DNA of 63,768 bases, filler included, from Craspedostauros australis (lineage: Eukaryota): assembly GCA_030167865.1 (NCBI GenBank). It is 9 parts of 9 records of this genome, joined end to end, with 100 filler letters (N's around TTAATTAATTAA, not from the genome) between each part and the next. Parts side by side here need not be neighbours in the genome. Positions count along the whole stretch, not along the records: positions 13,030 to 29,577 come from JALAGF010004877.1; positions 29,678 to 31,385 come from JALAGF010004878.1; positions 31,486 to 35,134 come from JALAGF010004879.1; positions 35,235 to 46,566 come from JALAGF010004880.1; 5 more parts are not named here. One strand, given 5' to 3'. The notes beneath the pieces were generated by a model that saw nothing but the letters and a program-made list of their open reading frames with translations, ran no database searches and was not told where the DNA came from. Positions within the stretch are counted from its first letter, which is position 1. Each line of letters opens with the position of its first letter. The translations under genes and the position numbers were made by a program. Positions 27,043 to 39,974 of this stretch are shown here, in pieces.

Positions 27043-28357
27043 ATGAAGACCGCCGCTTTCCTCGTCACCCTCCTGGCTTCCGCCTCCGTGAGTTGCTCGT
27101 TGTCGTTCACCTGGTTGCGACAATGGTCTTTGATGCAATGCAGTCCAATTGGATGACGTGCGATTCGATTCGTTCGACAGCACATACCGATGCCACATTG
27201 CCTCCCGCCGCTGCCATCTCACCTCTTCCCCTTTTCCTGGCATTCTCTCAACATAGGCCTTCGCCCCGCTCAACCAGGCGCAGCGCCCATCCACAGCCAT
27301 CCGCGCCGAGGATGTCCCGCTGGCCAACGGTGCCATGTCCTTCAACCGGGTCTGCCGCGAATGGCGATGCAAGTACGAGGGCGACAAGGGCACCTCCGAG
27401 AGCCTCGAAGCCATCTCCAAGGTCGTCGACGAGTACCTTCCAGAGCTCAAGAAGCTCTCCGATGGTGTCACCGTCAACCGTTTGGTGTGGTGCGTTGTCA
27501 TTCTGCGCGGCTGTATTTTCTGCATTCGTGTGATGGATGCAGAATCAGGATTCGCGTTCGTTCGATGATGGCGACGATGATGACTGACAAGATGATGATT
27601 GTGTGGGGCCGTGAGGAAAGATGGGAATCGAGCATGGCTCGAGCACGGATGGGTAGAATGTAGCACTACCCGTACGAGCTCGTATGAGTGGAGACATTTG
27701 GATGACGTTTGGTGCGATGTCGCGAAATGTGCCATCGGTCTATGGAATTCCGCCGGTTCCATCTTCCGCCATTGAGAGGTGGAATCAGAAGAAGTGGATG
27801 CAGCCAAGCCGACTGCGTTGCGAAGCAAGAAGACTCTCTGCTCACCTTGTTTTCCAATTGTTCATTTCATTCCGTACCACTCTACACAACCTTTCGGAAA
27901 TGGCAACAACGACAACTGACATGCGCGTTCACCTGTAATCCACCATTATCGCATGAATCCAACCACAGCGGAGGCTGCTTGGACTTCAAGCTCATGACCA
28001 CCGTTCCACTCGATGACTTTGGTCCATGGGAGGAGAGGTACGTATGGCACTCTGCAGGCTGTGGTCGTATTCGTATGCCATTCGTTTCCACGCGACTAAT
28101 TGTGTTGGTTGCGCATTACGTGTGAAATCATTGCTTGATCATTGCCTCACTTTCACCGATGCGCGTCCACATACATACGAATCACACGCGAACCGCGCTA
28201 ACATACTCATTCCGTTCATCGCCTCTCTGTGTGGCACATTCATTCATTCATTCTCCGCAGCGGTTACGCCCCAGAAGCCGCCTTCTTGGAGAAAATCAAG
28301 GCCATCCCAGGAGTGTCCCAGGTCGAGACCCAGACCATCACCAACATGGAGATCTAA
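27043..28357 (+). CDS. Plastid-targeted small CxxC protein of unknown function; 4 exons (27043-27087, 27257-27489, 27969-28037, 28261-28357), 147 aa
   Basis: Manual splicing at GTGAGT/GTGCGT/GTACGT donors and TAG/CAG acceptors gives an open 444-nt [22 protein letters not shown]...[13 protein letters not shown]...[14 protein letters not shown]...[16 protein letters not shown]...[11 protein letters not shown]. Exons show strong C/G-ending codon bias. Confidence 0.88.
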
Positions 28358-29677
28358 AGCAGAACTATTATACTATACGATGGGAAACGCCACAGCATAG
28401 AGCGTATGGCAGATTAGTAGAGTACGCAAGCCGCATAGGCTCCACAATGATCTGCTGAAATACCCAATCACCACTTACATGGTTGACCCAGTCGTCGCTC
28501 CCTTGAAAGGAAAGGAGGAGAACTGTGTTCCATGTCTCCGCAGGTATGGAGGTAAACTGGTGAGACTGTTCTTTGTTGAGTATAGCTGCGATGTATTATA
28601 TCATGGTCCACGATGGCGAATAGCGCTGGAGTGTATCGCATTGCAATGCTAATGCCGTTCGTGGCAGGCCCTCTGCACAAACAACACAACACACATTGAA
28701 GTTATACACCGCGACACGTTCTCTTTCATTCTTTTTCTTCTCCGGTTTTCCTTGCTCTCTGTTCTGCACCCCTCTCCGCGAATTCCTTGTTGTCACTACG
28801 CCGTTTGAATCAGTGGCGAATCATGCACAGAAGGGATTTTTTGGTGCCCCTTGTTTCGTGGACACTGCATTGGTGTTCGCGACGAACCCGGTTGAAGCAT
28901 GTTCCATGAACCTCGCACAAGCTTCTCCGGTGCAATTGCTCATCGTTCCCAATGGCAATTCGCCTGTCACTGTTGTGGAACCGGTCTTCGGTAGAGCGGA
29001 GAGTGGTAGATGGGTAGCGATGTTTGGTATTCCAGACCGAGCGCTATCACTCCAACGGCCACGAGCAGTGATGTCTGGCATTCCACACTGAGTGGCATCT
29101 CTCCAGAGTCCGCGCCAGTTCGTGTTGAGACCCGGCCTGCGAGCCACTCCATTCGTATGAACATGATGATAGTATGAACATGATGATAGCACGACGTGGG
29201 CAGAGTACGACCTCCAGGTCGCAGTTGATGCACTCACGATAACACTAGTTGTGGAGTGTTTTTTGAGTTTTACTCGTGATGAGTCGTGATAAAGTAGACT
29301 AAANTAGAGCACACCNAAAACCATCCAAACAACTGCTTATGATGTTATATCTCAACAACGCACCATTTAAAATTAAAACTAGACAGTTCATTCGGACGCT
29401 TGGCTATCGTTTATTCTGAATATCTTAGTTAAATTTGTATGAACTTTATTTTTAATGTCGTTTTGGCTTGCTGTCTGTCAGGTGGTGGGTGCAAAAAATT
29501 CTCGATGGCACCATGCTGCCCTACCTTCAGCACCCATGATCATCATTATCATCCCTGGCATTTTCACAATCTGCGCANNNNNNNNNNNNNNNNNNNNNNN
29601 NNNNNNNNNNNNNNNNNNNNNTTAATTAATTAANNNNNNNNNNNNNNNNNNNNNNNNNNNNNNNNNNNNNNNNNNNN

Positions 29678-31385
29678 TACAGGGAAGAGTATTCCCAGAG
29701 CTCTGCGTGAGCTCGCAGACTTCAATGAACGAGGTCGAAAGGAAGAAGGCTATGAGAGCGAATCATCATCCAATGAAGATAGTGACGAACTCAACGACGA
29801 GATAACTGATGAATCTAACAACGAAACTGCAGATGACGAAGAAATCATAGACGAAGATGAAGAGATCGAGATCACTCATCATAGCACAACAGGACTATAC
29901 AGGATGAACGCAATCATCACCGAGGCACCAGCGATTGACATCGGACTGTCGATGCAGGACAAGAACAAGGAACCAGAGAAGCACATCGAACCAACGACAT
30001 TCGATGGAGCCTTCAATCATCCAGATCCCATCCACCAAAAGGGATATCGAGCGGCCATCAAGAAAGAGTTCGACTCCATGGATACACGCAAAGTGTACAG
30101 CAAGATCAAACGAGACGCCATCCCACGCGGCCGCAGATGCTGCAAGTGCAAATGGGTCTTCAAGCTGAAACGCGACGGCACACATCGAGCACGACTCGTT
30201 GCATGTGGCTATTCACAAGTCACAGGAGTAGACTTTCAAGAGCATTACTCACCTGTCATCCATGACGTGACCTATCGGGTCATGATGGTGATCATGCTGA
30301 TCAAGAAGATGGACTGCGCACTCGTCGATGTCGNNNNNNNNNNNNNNNNNNNNNNNNNNNNNNNNNNNNNNNNNNNNNNNNNNNNNNNNGGGATGGATCA
30401 TCAACCAGACGAAGCCCTGACCCTACACAAGCCAATCTACGGACTTGTGCAGAGCGCCAGGCAGTGGTTCAAGATGTTGGTGTCGACCCTCAAGAATATC
30501 AACTTCGAACAGAGCACAGCGGACCCGTGCCTGTTCTATCGAAGAACGAACGAAGGAAGCATGATCGTGGCCATCTACGTGGACGATTGCTTCTGCTGCA
30601 GAGACTCCAAGGCACTGGAGACATTCCTGAAGGACATCCAAGGCAGCAAATTCAAGGTAACAACCGAGCGCGGACTTGGAGACTACCTCAGCTGCAACAT
30701 CGAACTGAACCATGACAAGACCAGAGCGACATTGCGTCAACCACACCTCATCCGACACCTCATCGAAGAGTTCGGAACCAAGGTTGAGAAGATGCAACGC
30801 TACGCGACACTGGGAACCCCGGGTCAAATCATCGTATGACCATCCGAAGATAACGGACTACAGAAGGTCGGACCGGAAGAACATGCCGAATACCGCTGAG
30901 GCGTCGGTATGCTACTCTTCCTCATCAAGCACTCGCGACCAGATATCGCGAACCCTGTGAGGGAACTCTCCAAGGTATTGATCGGGCCCACTAAGGCCGC
31001 AATGAAGGAGATGTATCGGATCATCAAGTATGTGATCGATACGAAGGACTATGGATTGAAGATCCACCCATCGCGTCCAGACAATGACGGCTGGGACATG
31101 GAGCTCTTCTGCGATAGCGAATATGCAGGAGACAAGAACACGAGAATCAGCGTAGGAGGGTTCATTCTATACCTGTGCAAGGTGCCAACCCTTTGGCGAT
31201 CCAAGGCACAGAAGGCCGTCACACTCAGCTCATCCGAAGCAGAATACGTTGCCCTTTCCGAAGCGGCAAAGGAAATCTTCTTCGTCATGCAGCTACTCGA
31301 GAGTGTGGGCATCCCAGTGAAGACACCGATCAAGGTCCGTGTGGACAACATCGGAGCGATCTTCATCGCCAAGAACCCATCGACA
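29678..31385 (+). mobile_element. Ty1/copia LTR retrotransposon fragment (reverse transcriptase + RNase H), decayed
   Basis: CKWVFKLK..RARLVACGYSQV.GVDF, KPIYGLVQSARQW, IYVDDC, SRPDIA, FCDSEYAGD, TLSSSEAEYVA, VDNIGAI. In-frame TGA at 30837 and 30897. Confidence 0.95.
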
Positions 31386-31485
31386 NNNNNNNNNNNNNNN
31401 NNNNNNNNNNNNNNNNNNNNNNNNNNNNNTTAATTAATTAANNNNNNNNNNNNNNNNNNNNNNNNNNNNNNNNNNNNNNNNNNNN

Positions 31486-32710
31486 GTGTGCGGATCCAAC
31501 ACAAGTGGCTGTGATGGAGCTGCTGGACCAACTGGTTGCCGTTGCATACTTCGTTCTTCCGGAATTTTTTCCTTTGGTCATCTTTGAGTGTGTGGAGAGG
31601 ACTTTGAAACACGGCATCCTCCCACATTCCTCTCCCGCCTTCGCTGGTCTCTCTGTGGTCATGGGGCCCATCATGGGAGATTTCAAAACCGCGGAAACGA
31701 TTGGCAAGATCGCCATGCAGATGACAGAACACGAATCAAACCGAAATTGCGAGACTAAGGTCATTTGCGCTTTAAACACTGCCGTGATACATTGGATAAA
31801 GCCGATGGACGTTGTGTTGCAGGAACTGTGGAGAGGGCACGAACTCGGCATGGCATGCGGTGATGTCAACACAGCCTTTCGAAATGTTTCCTGTCACCTA
31901 CTAAACAGGTTCTTCGCGGGTGAACCGCTGGCCCAACTTGACAAAGACATGCTGAGGTGTTTACATTCTATTAATGATGTGCCGCACATCGAGCAACAAG
32001 ACTTCCTAAACATGAGTTGGCAGTCCATTCACAATCTCCGAGGTCTTTCCAACAACGAAACGAAGCTGAAGGGAGACATGTATGATGAAGATGCCTTCTT
32101 CGGACAGTCAACTGAACAGATAGACGAGGTCATCGCAATCGTTGCGATGTCGTACCAGCTGATCCTCGCCACATTCTTTGGCGACTTCGAGCTCGGCGCG
32201 ACCATTTCGATAGAATCCTTCGACAAGCAGGTGAAGAAGATCCGAGGAGTCGCCTTCCTTCCAATCGGAGCAACGTACGGCAGCATCTGCTGTTATGCCG
32301 CTGGCTACACAGTCTCGAGCAAATCGAAAGCAGCCACATACCGCAAGCAAGGAGACCGCTGCCGCAAGCAGCTCCGCAAGTGGGCCGACATGGGCAACCC
32401 AAACTGCCAACATAGCTACGCGTTGGTGCAAGCAGAACACAAGATGGTGCGATCCAAGTTCGGCTCCGCCGTCGTCAAGTTCAAGGATGCGATCGATCTC
32501 GCCACGAGCTGTGGCTTCACGAACGATCAAGCGCTGGCGAATGAGCGCCTTTCGGAGTGCTTGACAAGGATGGGGATGGACGATGCGGCCAGTCAGGCAA
32601 TGGAAGAAGCCATCCGGCTGTATGAAAAATGGGGTGCAATGAGGAAGGTGGAGAAACTGAGATTGATGCATGAGGGGACGAAGAAAGAACAGGCGAGCGA
32701 AATGAATTGA
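31486..32710 (+). CDS. 5'-truncated paralogue of the C-terminal helical region of the ATPase at 5221-9448
   Basis: Shared motifs: TLKHG..SSPAFA vs TFKHG..SACALA; GMACGD vs GMETGD; LATFFGDFELG vs LATYFGELEMG; GFTNDQALANE vs GYVHDTALGYE; YEKWGA vs YDEWGA. The frame is open from the contig edge. Confidence 0.8.
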
Positions 32711-33707
32711 TGCCTTGGGGATGGGCAAACAGCGCTGAGAACGAATAGATGAGCCATTACCCGTAGTCTGAAATCTACTCCCATTGTTCGCTCCGCACTT
32801 GCAAAGGGGTTTGGTTGTACTATATAATACAATCGTATAACACACGAGCTTGGCGCCAAAAGTTCATTCTCGAGCGTCCAGGCCTTGACAGTCACAGGAA
32901 CGTGCGTGCCGGGGGTCTTCTGGATGTTGTTGGGCATTGTCGAAATTACGGTTGAGCTAAATCGCAGCCACCGATCCAGCCGCTGCCATCGTGTGCGAGC
33001 GACGCGACAACAACACCCATACTTACCTTAGACATGCTTGTTCTTGATCAACAAGGAGAATAGCAGAACGGAGGAGCTGGTCAATACACGGATGAAACAC
33101 TCCAGACTGTACGTGATCCCGTTCCACTTGGTGCACTAGTACCAAGTCTGTCTATAATTTTTGACTAGGTGTTTTTGCGCTTGTCGCAGAATGCCGCCCT
33201 CCCCACACACACACCAACACAACACCCCCCAATCATCCACCACATCCTTGTGGCAAGGTATGGTAGGTCGTATGATAGTACGACCATGTACCCATAGTAT
33301 TACCACACTTCCACAACCCTTCTATCCCATTCCAATACAACACACGTTGGTGAATACGTTTGCACCTCATCAGCTTGGATGCGATTGATGTTGGAGTCCG
33401 TGCCGTGTGCCGAATCGGTGGTGGTGATGGGACCGATTGTAATGATCGAGGATGTGATGGACGCAAACAGCATGCCCACTGCATGTACTCTCATACTCAT
33501 CCACTGCTATACAATTATTAATGGTATGTTCAACATTTGCAGTCTTGTTACTAATATATTATTGTATTATAGAATATGTATTATAGAATGTTTGCAGAGT
33601 GCAAGCTTCCATGGGGTGGATTGGAGGTGGTTGGCACCTCACTCATCCACTCACTCACTCATCCACTCCTGCATGTCCATCCGCCAGTGGCATGGCAGAA
33701 GAACACT

Positions 33708-35134
33708 TCATTTGGATGGGCTGCCATCACCTCGCAGCTTACGACGGGACGTCTTGAACGTTTGCCCCATGTCGTACAACGGAGCACCGGCACGTTCCCG
33801 GTTCGGCATGCAGTAGTCGAGCTCTTCCTTGCCCTCCACGCCCATCCATTCAGCGACACCGTTCAGCATGGACTCGTAGCTCAGGTGAGGAATCAACCGA
33901 CCTCGGCCGATGTTGTACGGGCCACCGAGGGTCATGTCCTCGGGGTACTTGCCAAGAATCTGCCCTCCCTTCACATCTCCGCCCATGGTGAAGTAGTTAC
34001 CGCCCCACGCATGGTCGGATCCTTCTCCAGAGTTGGCGGTGAGGGTGCGAGCGAACTCAGATGTGAGCACCACGGTAACCTGATCCCACATCCCCTGCGC
34101 CTTCATCTCCTTCTGGAACGTATCCAGGGCGGCGTTCAGGCTTCGAAACTCGTTCGCCTGCTGTGCTTTCAGCTGAGAATGATGATCCCACGATCCCAGC
34201 TTCATGAAGAAGAGATCGCGGTCCGCCCCGCGACCTTCATGAGTCAAGATGAAGTTCGACACCGTCTCGAACTTGGTGCGGTAGTCGAAGTTTTGGATCG
34301 TGCTGAAGTCCTGAGTCAGCGGGACGTTGCTGACGGTGTTCTTCAGGGTTTCGATATCACTGATGGCCTTGTGCAAGCCACCTGACCACAGCTCCCCGAA
34401 CACGCTGCTGTGGACACCGGTCTGCTGGTTCATTCGAGCCACATGATCTTTCGCATCGAACACTTCGCCATTCGGGCGCGGATTGAACTCTTGCATCCCC
34501 TCCGCGGATACGACCAGCGCTTCGACGGCCTGTCCAGGAACGCCGACGGTCGCCACGCTCGCATCCTGGATGGTGATTGGTTGCGGTTTGTAGCCCTTGG
34601 TGGCAAGCATGTCGCTCACTCGTCCCAGAATGCCAGTGGTCGGGGTCGTGTCCCAGGGATCGACGCGCTGAGTCTCCAGCTGCATCGTGTTGTGCGCAAA
34701 TAGGTCGGTGTTGGAGAGTCGGTCGTAGTTCTCGGTCGTGACGGGCGTGTCCAACACCCCCATGTTGGCGAAGAAGGCCAAGTCGCCGCTCTTGTACAAG
34801 GATTCTACGACCGGGAGCTCTGGATGGATGGCGAATTCGGAGCATGGCTGCCCGCTGGCTTGGATGATGCGAGTGCGCTCTCCTTCTGTCAATGCGATCG
34901 TTGTTCGCTCCGAGTTGTACTGATCCAGCACCGTCAACCCGTTCCTGTTGCGCTGGGTGCACGTGTGCGGAGCGAGCATGTTGTACGAGTCCATGCCACC
35001 ATCCAGCAGCACGTGCACGACTGCCTTGTAGCCCCTTGGCGATGGGGAAACCGGTGGCTGTGGCGGTCGGTCCGTGCCGGTGGTGCGCACCAAGTTGGTG
35101 GCATGGAACTCCGGTGCTGTCACGATGAGCTGCA
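33708..35134 (-). CDS. DUF1501-domain protein (C-terminal part; 5' end lost at contig edge)
   Basis: YKAVVHVLLDGGMDSYNML, FFANMGVL, LFAHNTMQ, LGSWDHH, SEFARTL..NSGEGSDHAWGG and GGDVKGG are typical DUF1501 motifs. Confidence 0.85.
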
Positions 35135-35288
35135 NNNNNNNNNNNNNNNNNNNNNNNNNNNNNNNNNNNNNNNNNNNNTTAATTAATTAANNNNNNNNNN
35201 NNNNNNNNNNNNNNNNNNNNNNNNNNNNNNNNNNTGGTCTGAGACGAAGTGAGGAAGGAGAGCACGGGATGAAGGCCGATCATTCAGC

Positions 35289-35354
35289 AACAACGACAAC
35301 GACAACAACTACAACTACTACTACAACTACTACTACTACAACTACTACTACTAC
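35289..35354. repeat. Compound microsatellite (CAA/CGA/CTA)n; other simple repeats at 968-997 (AAC), 4688-4730 (GTT), 9597-9617 (GA), 10454-10487 (CT), 24944-24970 (GTTT), 26907-26932 (CAG), 48379-48411 (GTT)
   Basis: Directly visible simple-sequence runs. Confidence 0.9.
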
Positions 35355-36409
35355 ACGAACACTACCAGGGCGAGCACAAGCATGGAACACAACAGCGAGT
35401 GCGCATGGCATTGGCGAGGAAAGTTGTGAGATGGAGCGAAANNNNNNNNNNNNNNNNNNNNNNNNNNNNNNNNNNNNNNNNNNNNNNNNNNNNNNNNNNN
35501 NNNNNNNNNNNNNNNNNNNNNNNNNNNNNNNNNNNNNNNNNNNNNNNNGAGATCATGTCGCAGATGCTAACGTGTATTTAACGTGTACCAAACGAACGAC
35601 TCCTTCCGGAGCAGGTCCGTGACTGATCACCCGGCGATAAATACTTCGGAACAGCATGGAACCTTCTGAAAAACAACCAGGAGTTTGATGGGGTCGACTC
35701 ATAGGACTTTAACATATCTTTGACTGTACATAAAACTTAAAAGAAGATATACAACAAAAATTGATCGGTTAATTATTTGTGAGAAGATTATAAGGATTAC
35801 TACTATGTGCTTGGTTTGGATCTACTAGATAAAAGTTATTGAGTCCCATGACAAAGTGCAGGTCGACTCACTGATCGGGCTCTTAACACAGTCATCGGTC
35901 TTCTTTGGTGATCTGACTCATAGTCGTATCAGTCGAAGATTCTCGTTTTCGCCAATGCCACACAACAGAACCCTGTTGTTGTCAGAACCATCTGTTGTCT
36001 TCCTTCTTGTTGTTGTTCATGTAGTCGTAGAAGTAGTAGTACATAGTAGTGCTCGTGATGGGAACAGGAGGATCCAAGGCCGCACGAACCAGAGAGAGGT
36101 GCGATCAAGAGATGGAGGCAAACACGATGATGCTTGTGCACAAAGAAAGAGAGGACACGTGCGAACAAGACAACAACACACACCACTCAACCCCATACTC
36201 GAGCACATCAACAACAGACATCGAATTGCCACTCATACTACTATTCATCACGCAGTGTATGATACGCGTACTACTACAAGCTATTGAAGACACACCATCG
36301 ATATCTCTGCCATAGGCATAATAGCTCAGACCACACACTTCCTCGACAGCCAATCCAACGCCAAAAGACCACCAACCATCAACCATCAACCATCAACCAT
36401 CCTCTCAAC

Positions 36410-37427
36410 ATGCCGAATGTTACGAACCAACAACTCCTTGGTGCTGCCAAGGCAGGTGACTTGTTGGTGTTGAAGGAATGGAAGAAGCAGAGCATGACAC
36501 AGAATGAAGGAGTTGATGTCAACATGGTTACAGACTGGATGGGTTCCCCTCCCCTCCATTGGGCATGCTGCAACGGCCAGCTGGAGTGTGTGAAGTACCT
36601 CGTTGAATCATGTGAGGCGAACATCAACTGCAAAGACAACCATGGTTCCACTCCCCTTCATTGGGCATGCGACAGCGGCCAGCTGGAGTGTGTGAAGTAC
36701 CTCATTGAATCATGTGAGGCGAACATCAACTGCCAAAACATCGATGGTTTCACTCCCCTTCATTGGGCATGCAACAGCGGCCAGCTGGAGTGTGTGAAAT
36801 ACCTCATCGAATCATGTGAGGCGAACATCAACTGCCAAAACAACAGTGGTTCCACTCCCCTTCATTGGGCATGCCGCGAAGGCCAGCTGGAGTGTGTGAA
36901 GTACCTCATTGAATCATGTGAGGCGGACATCAACCGCCAAAACTGCTATGGTCGGACTCCCCTTCATTTGGCATGCCACAGCGGCCAGCTGGAGTGTGCG
37001 AAGTACCTCATTGAATCATGTGAGGCGAACGTCAACTGCCAAAACTACTATGGTCGGACTCCCCTTCATTTGGCATGCCACAGCGGCCAGCTGGAGTGTG
37101 TGAAGTACCTCATTGAATCATGTGAGGCGAACATCAACTGCCAAAACAACAATGGTGACACTCCCCTTCATTGGGCATGCCACAGCGGCCAGCTGGAGTG
37201 CGTGGAGTACCTCACCAAATCAGGTGGAGCGAACATCAACTGCCGAAACAACAATGGTTCCACTCCCCTTCATTGGGCATGCCACAACGACAAGCTGGAG
37301 TGTATCGAGTCCCTCATTAGAGGACTTTCGCCTTCAGTTCACCCACAACTGCAACAACGCTGGCAACAAAACGAGCAAGAGAATGAACAACCACAAGAAC
37401 AGTTGGGACAGCAGTTGAAGCCGAAGG

Positions 37428-37458
<31 letters not shown>

Positions 37459-37540
37459 GTCGAGACACCAGTTGAAGCGAAAGAGCCAAGAGGATGAACA
37501 CAAACACAGTAACCACAAGAGGACCAACGTCAGCATTTGA
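36410..37540 (+). CDS. Ankyrin-repeat protein, copy 1 (N-cap + 8 repeats of 34 aa/102 bp + Gln-rich tail)
   Basis: Tandem G-x-TPLH-x-AC-xx-GQLECVKYLIESCEANINC units. ATG at 36410. Confidence 0.92.
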
Positions 37541-38399
37541 GAGGACAGCTCAGATCCTTCCAAACTGAGAACAAGGCAGACACCATCTTCTTGTGTAGAC
37601 AGGGCGACCAACAACAACGAATCAAGGCAAACACCCAAGTCCTCATGATCAATGTCCCCTCCATTGAGACACTGATCAACAAAGGAATCCGACATCAGCA
37701 TGCGAATGATGACACCGAAGACTACGTGGCCCCATCCAAACAACCATCCCTCTTCCCAACCTCCAACCAAGGCACGTCCGATACGTCCTCCTATGCATCT
37801 ACACAGGCGAGATATCCTTGAATGACAGCGCTCGTGACAACGCCGCCGCTCACATCGTCGCTCACGCTGATGCTCACCACGATACAGATGCCTCTCACCA
37901 GTCAACTCCCATCCTCACTGGACAGGATGATCTGCAACAGCTGATCCTTGTGGCCAACGAGTTTGGCTTTTGGCGACTCAAGCTTGTTCTTGAAGTGGAG
38001 TTGGCCCGCAAGCATCTCACAGAGGACACCATGACAGATGTGTTGATATTCGCTCATCAGCACAACTGCGTGGTGTTGAAGGACGCAGCAATGAGAATGG
38101 CAGCTGAAAGTGAGAAGGATATGTTCACTCATCTAGATTTAAGCAAACTAATTCTACAACCTCAACTGATGGGAGGTATTCATATCCTCCGCAATGGGGG
38201 AGCCGAGAGTGATGGTACTGATGATGAGTACATTCGTATGTCCATGATGGACCTGTACAAGGTTGTGGGTGAAGACGAGGGGGTCGCGCAAGTGGATTCA
38301 TACATGGATTGGGTGACATTGGTGGACTTCGTCCGCTCTATGACTACCAAATCATCCAAAATGATTGAGACGGACGGTGCTGCTGAAGAAGAGGGTTGA
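37541..38399 (+). pseudogene. Disrupted BTB/POZ + SPOP-like helical domain continuing from ankyrin copy 1
   Basis: ADTIFLC..RIKANTQVL..PSIETLI, then a frameshift near 37715-37735, then IPLPNLQPRHVRYVLLCIYTGEI..LILVANEFGFWRLKLVLEVEL..DVLIFAHQHNCVVLKDAAM. Confidence 0.72.
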
Positions 38400-39974
38400 A
38401 GCGCCACACCAGACCATGCCATACCAGAAGTTTTCAAGAATTGGACGCATGACGGAATTGAGTTGATGGATAAAAATAGTTGTCAGAATAGTCATTAGGA
38501 TAGAATCTGTGTGAAAGGAGCTGGAGCAACTTGAGATCCAATCATTCAATGGTGCGTCCGGCATGCCTTCACCGTCGCCTTTGGTGATGCGCACAGCATG
38601 CTGCTCCATGCACTATCGTGTCGTTCGCAGCACGGTCTGGCTAATCCGCGAGATACGCATGGTCTTCTGTGCATGAATTGCAGATGATCCCGGTTGGTGT
38701 AAGGCACGTTGGTGTGCAACATCAGTGGCCAATGCGACATGAAGACAATGGTTCAGCCACCGCTGTCATTGTCATGGTCGTCATTGCCGATCATATGGTT
38801 TCCGCGTTCGTTGGTGCCGATGATGTGAGCGGAGCTTTTGTGGGAAACGATGGTGGACCCCACGGGCATCATGCATGCCTTGTAGGAATCGAATCCAACT
38901 TGATGAGGTGGAGCGTACTGCAACAGTCAGCTTGTTGTTGTTGCTGTTGGTGCATGATGTCACACAGGACACAAGCTCACGTCAGCTGCTGCCTGGTTGT
39001 CAATATGGCCGACAAAGATGACGAGCAATGGGAGAAGTTGCCGACGTCATTGCACACGATTTCAATAATGGTGGATCCGATGAGAGCATGCCTCTGTCTC
39101 ATTGTTTGCGGTTTGTGGCTGCGGCGCATCTCTTTGAGCATCGGTATGAACAGGCGTGGCTGGTTGTGGTGCATGTTGTTGTAACTGAGGAACATCTCCG
39201 AACAACAGGCTCTGTTGGTGTCGGAAGAAGTCACTGCGTCCAATCTTACAGATGCATCCGTCCAATATGTGCTGAATCTCCGTTGCCGACAGCTCATCGG
39301 ACGTTTATGTGCGTGGATGCTGCTGCTGATGACTTGAATCCAGATCGCACCATGGGCCATGACATGTCTTGCCATGACTGTTGGTTCTGTTGTTGGCGCT
39401 GCCATTGCCCATGTCCCAAGATCTTCTCTACTCCGGAGCAATTGGCTTGATATCTTCCTTTCTGGTGTCGCTGAGCGATGCGACAAGTTTGAGATCGCTG
39501 TTCATCACCGCTTGCCATTCATCATCATCTTCAGCGCCATCATCGGCATCATCATCGTCTCTTGCCATGGCCGCCTTCGTTGATTCTGGTTGGCGTGCCA
39601 TATTTGTGCAGCCGCCACTTGCTTGATTAATTCATTGCTTTGCTGCTTGACGGACAACGTCTCAGTGTTGGTTGATACCTCCGTCAATGCAAACATAGTC
39701 AAGCCATTTCATCTCTCTCTCTCTCTCTCTTGTTGTGTTGGTGTTGTTTGATGGATCGTGGCGCAAAATCGAAGATTCGTTGTTTTGGGTGGCGTCGAGA
39801 ATTTTTGGCGCGTTTGGTGGGTACTCGTCTGTCTGCCATCCGTACTTCATTCAACCAATACCACACACAAACACCCACAACCAACATCACCTCTCTGCTG
39901 TCCTCACGCAATGCAACTCTGTTCGATGATTGTGAGGGTGATGGCAACCACTCCAACAGCGCCACATCCCTTCA

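Noticed and set aside
13439..29190. Two-copy short direct repeats (AAAACGACCTGGTTAGTGAA at 13440-13490; ATGAACATGATGATAG at 29157-29189)
   Set aside because: Simple local duplications with no further structure.
35690..35870. AT-rich island between two GGTCGACTCA copies as a MITE
   Set aside because: The inverted ends match only weakly and do not coincide with the direct repeats.
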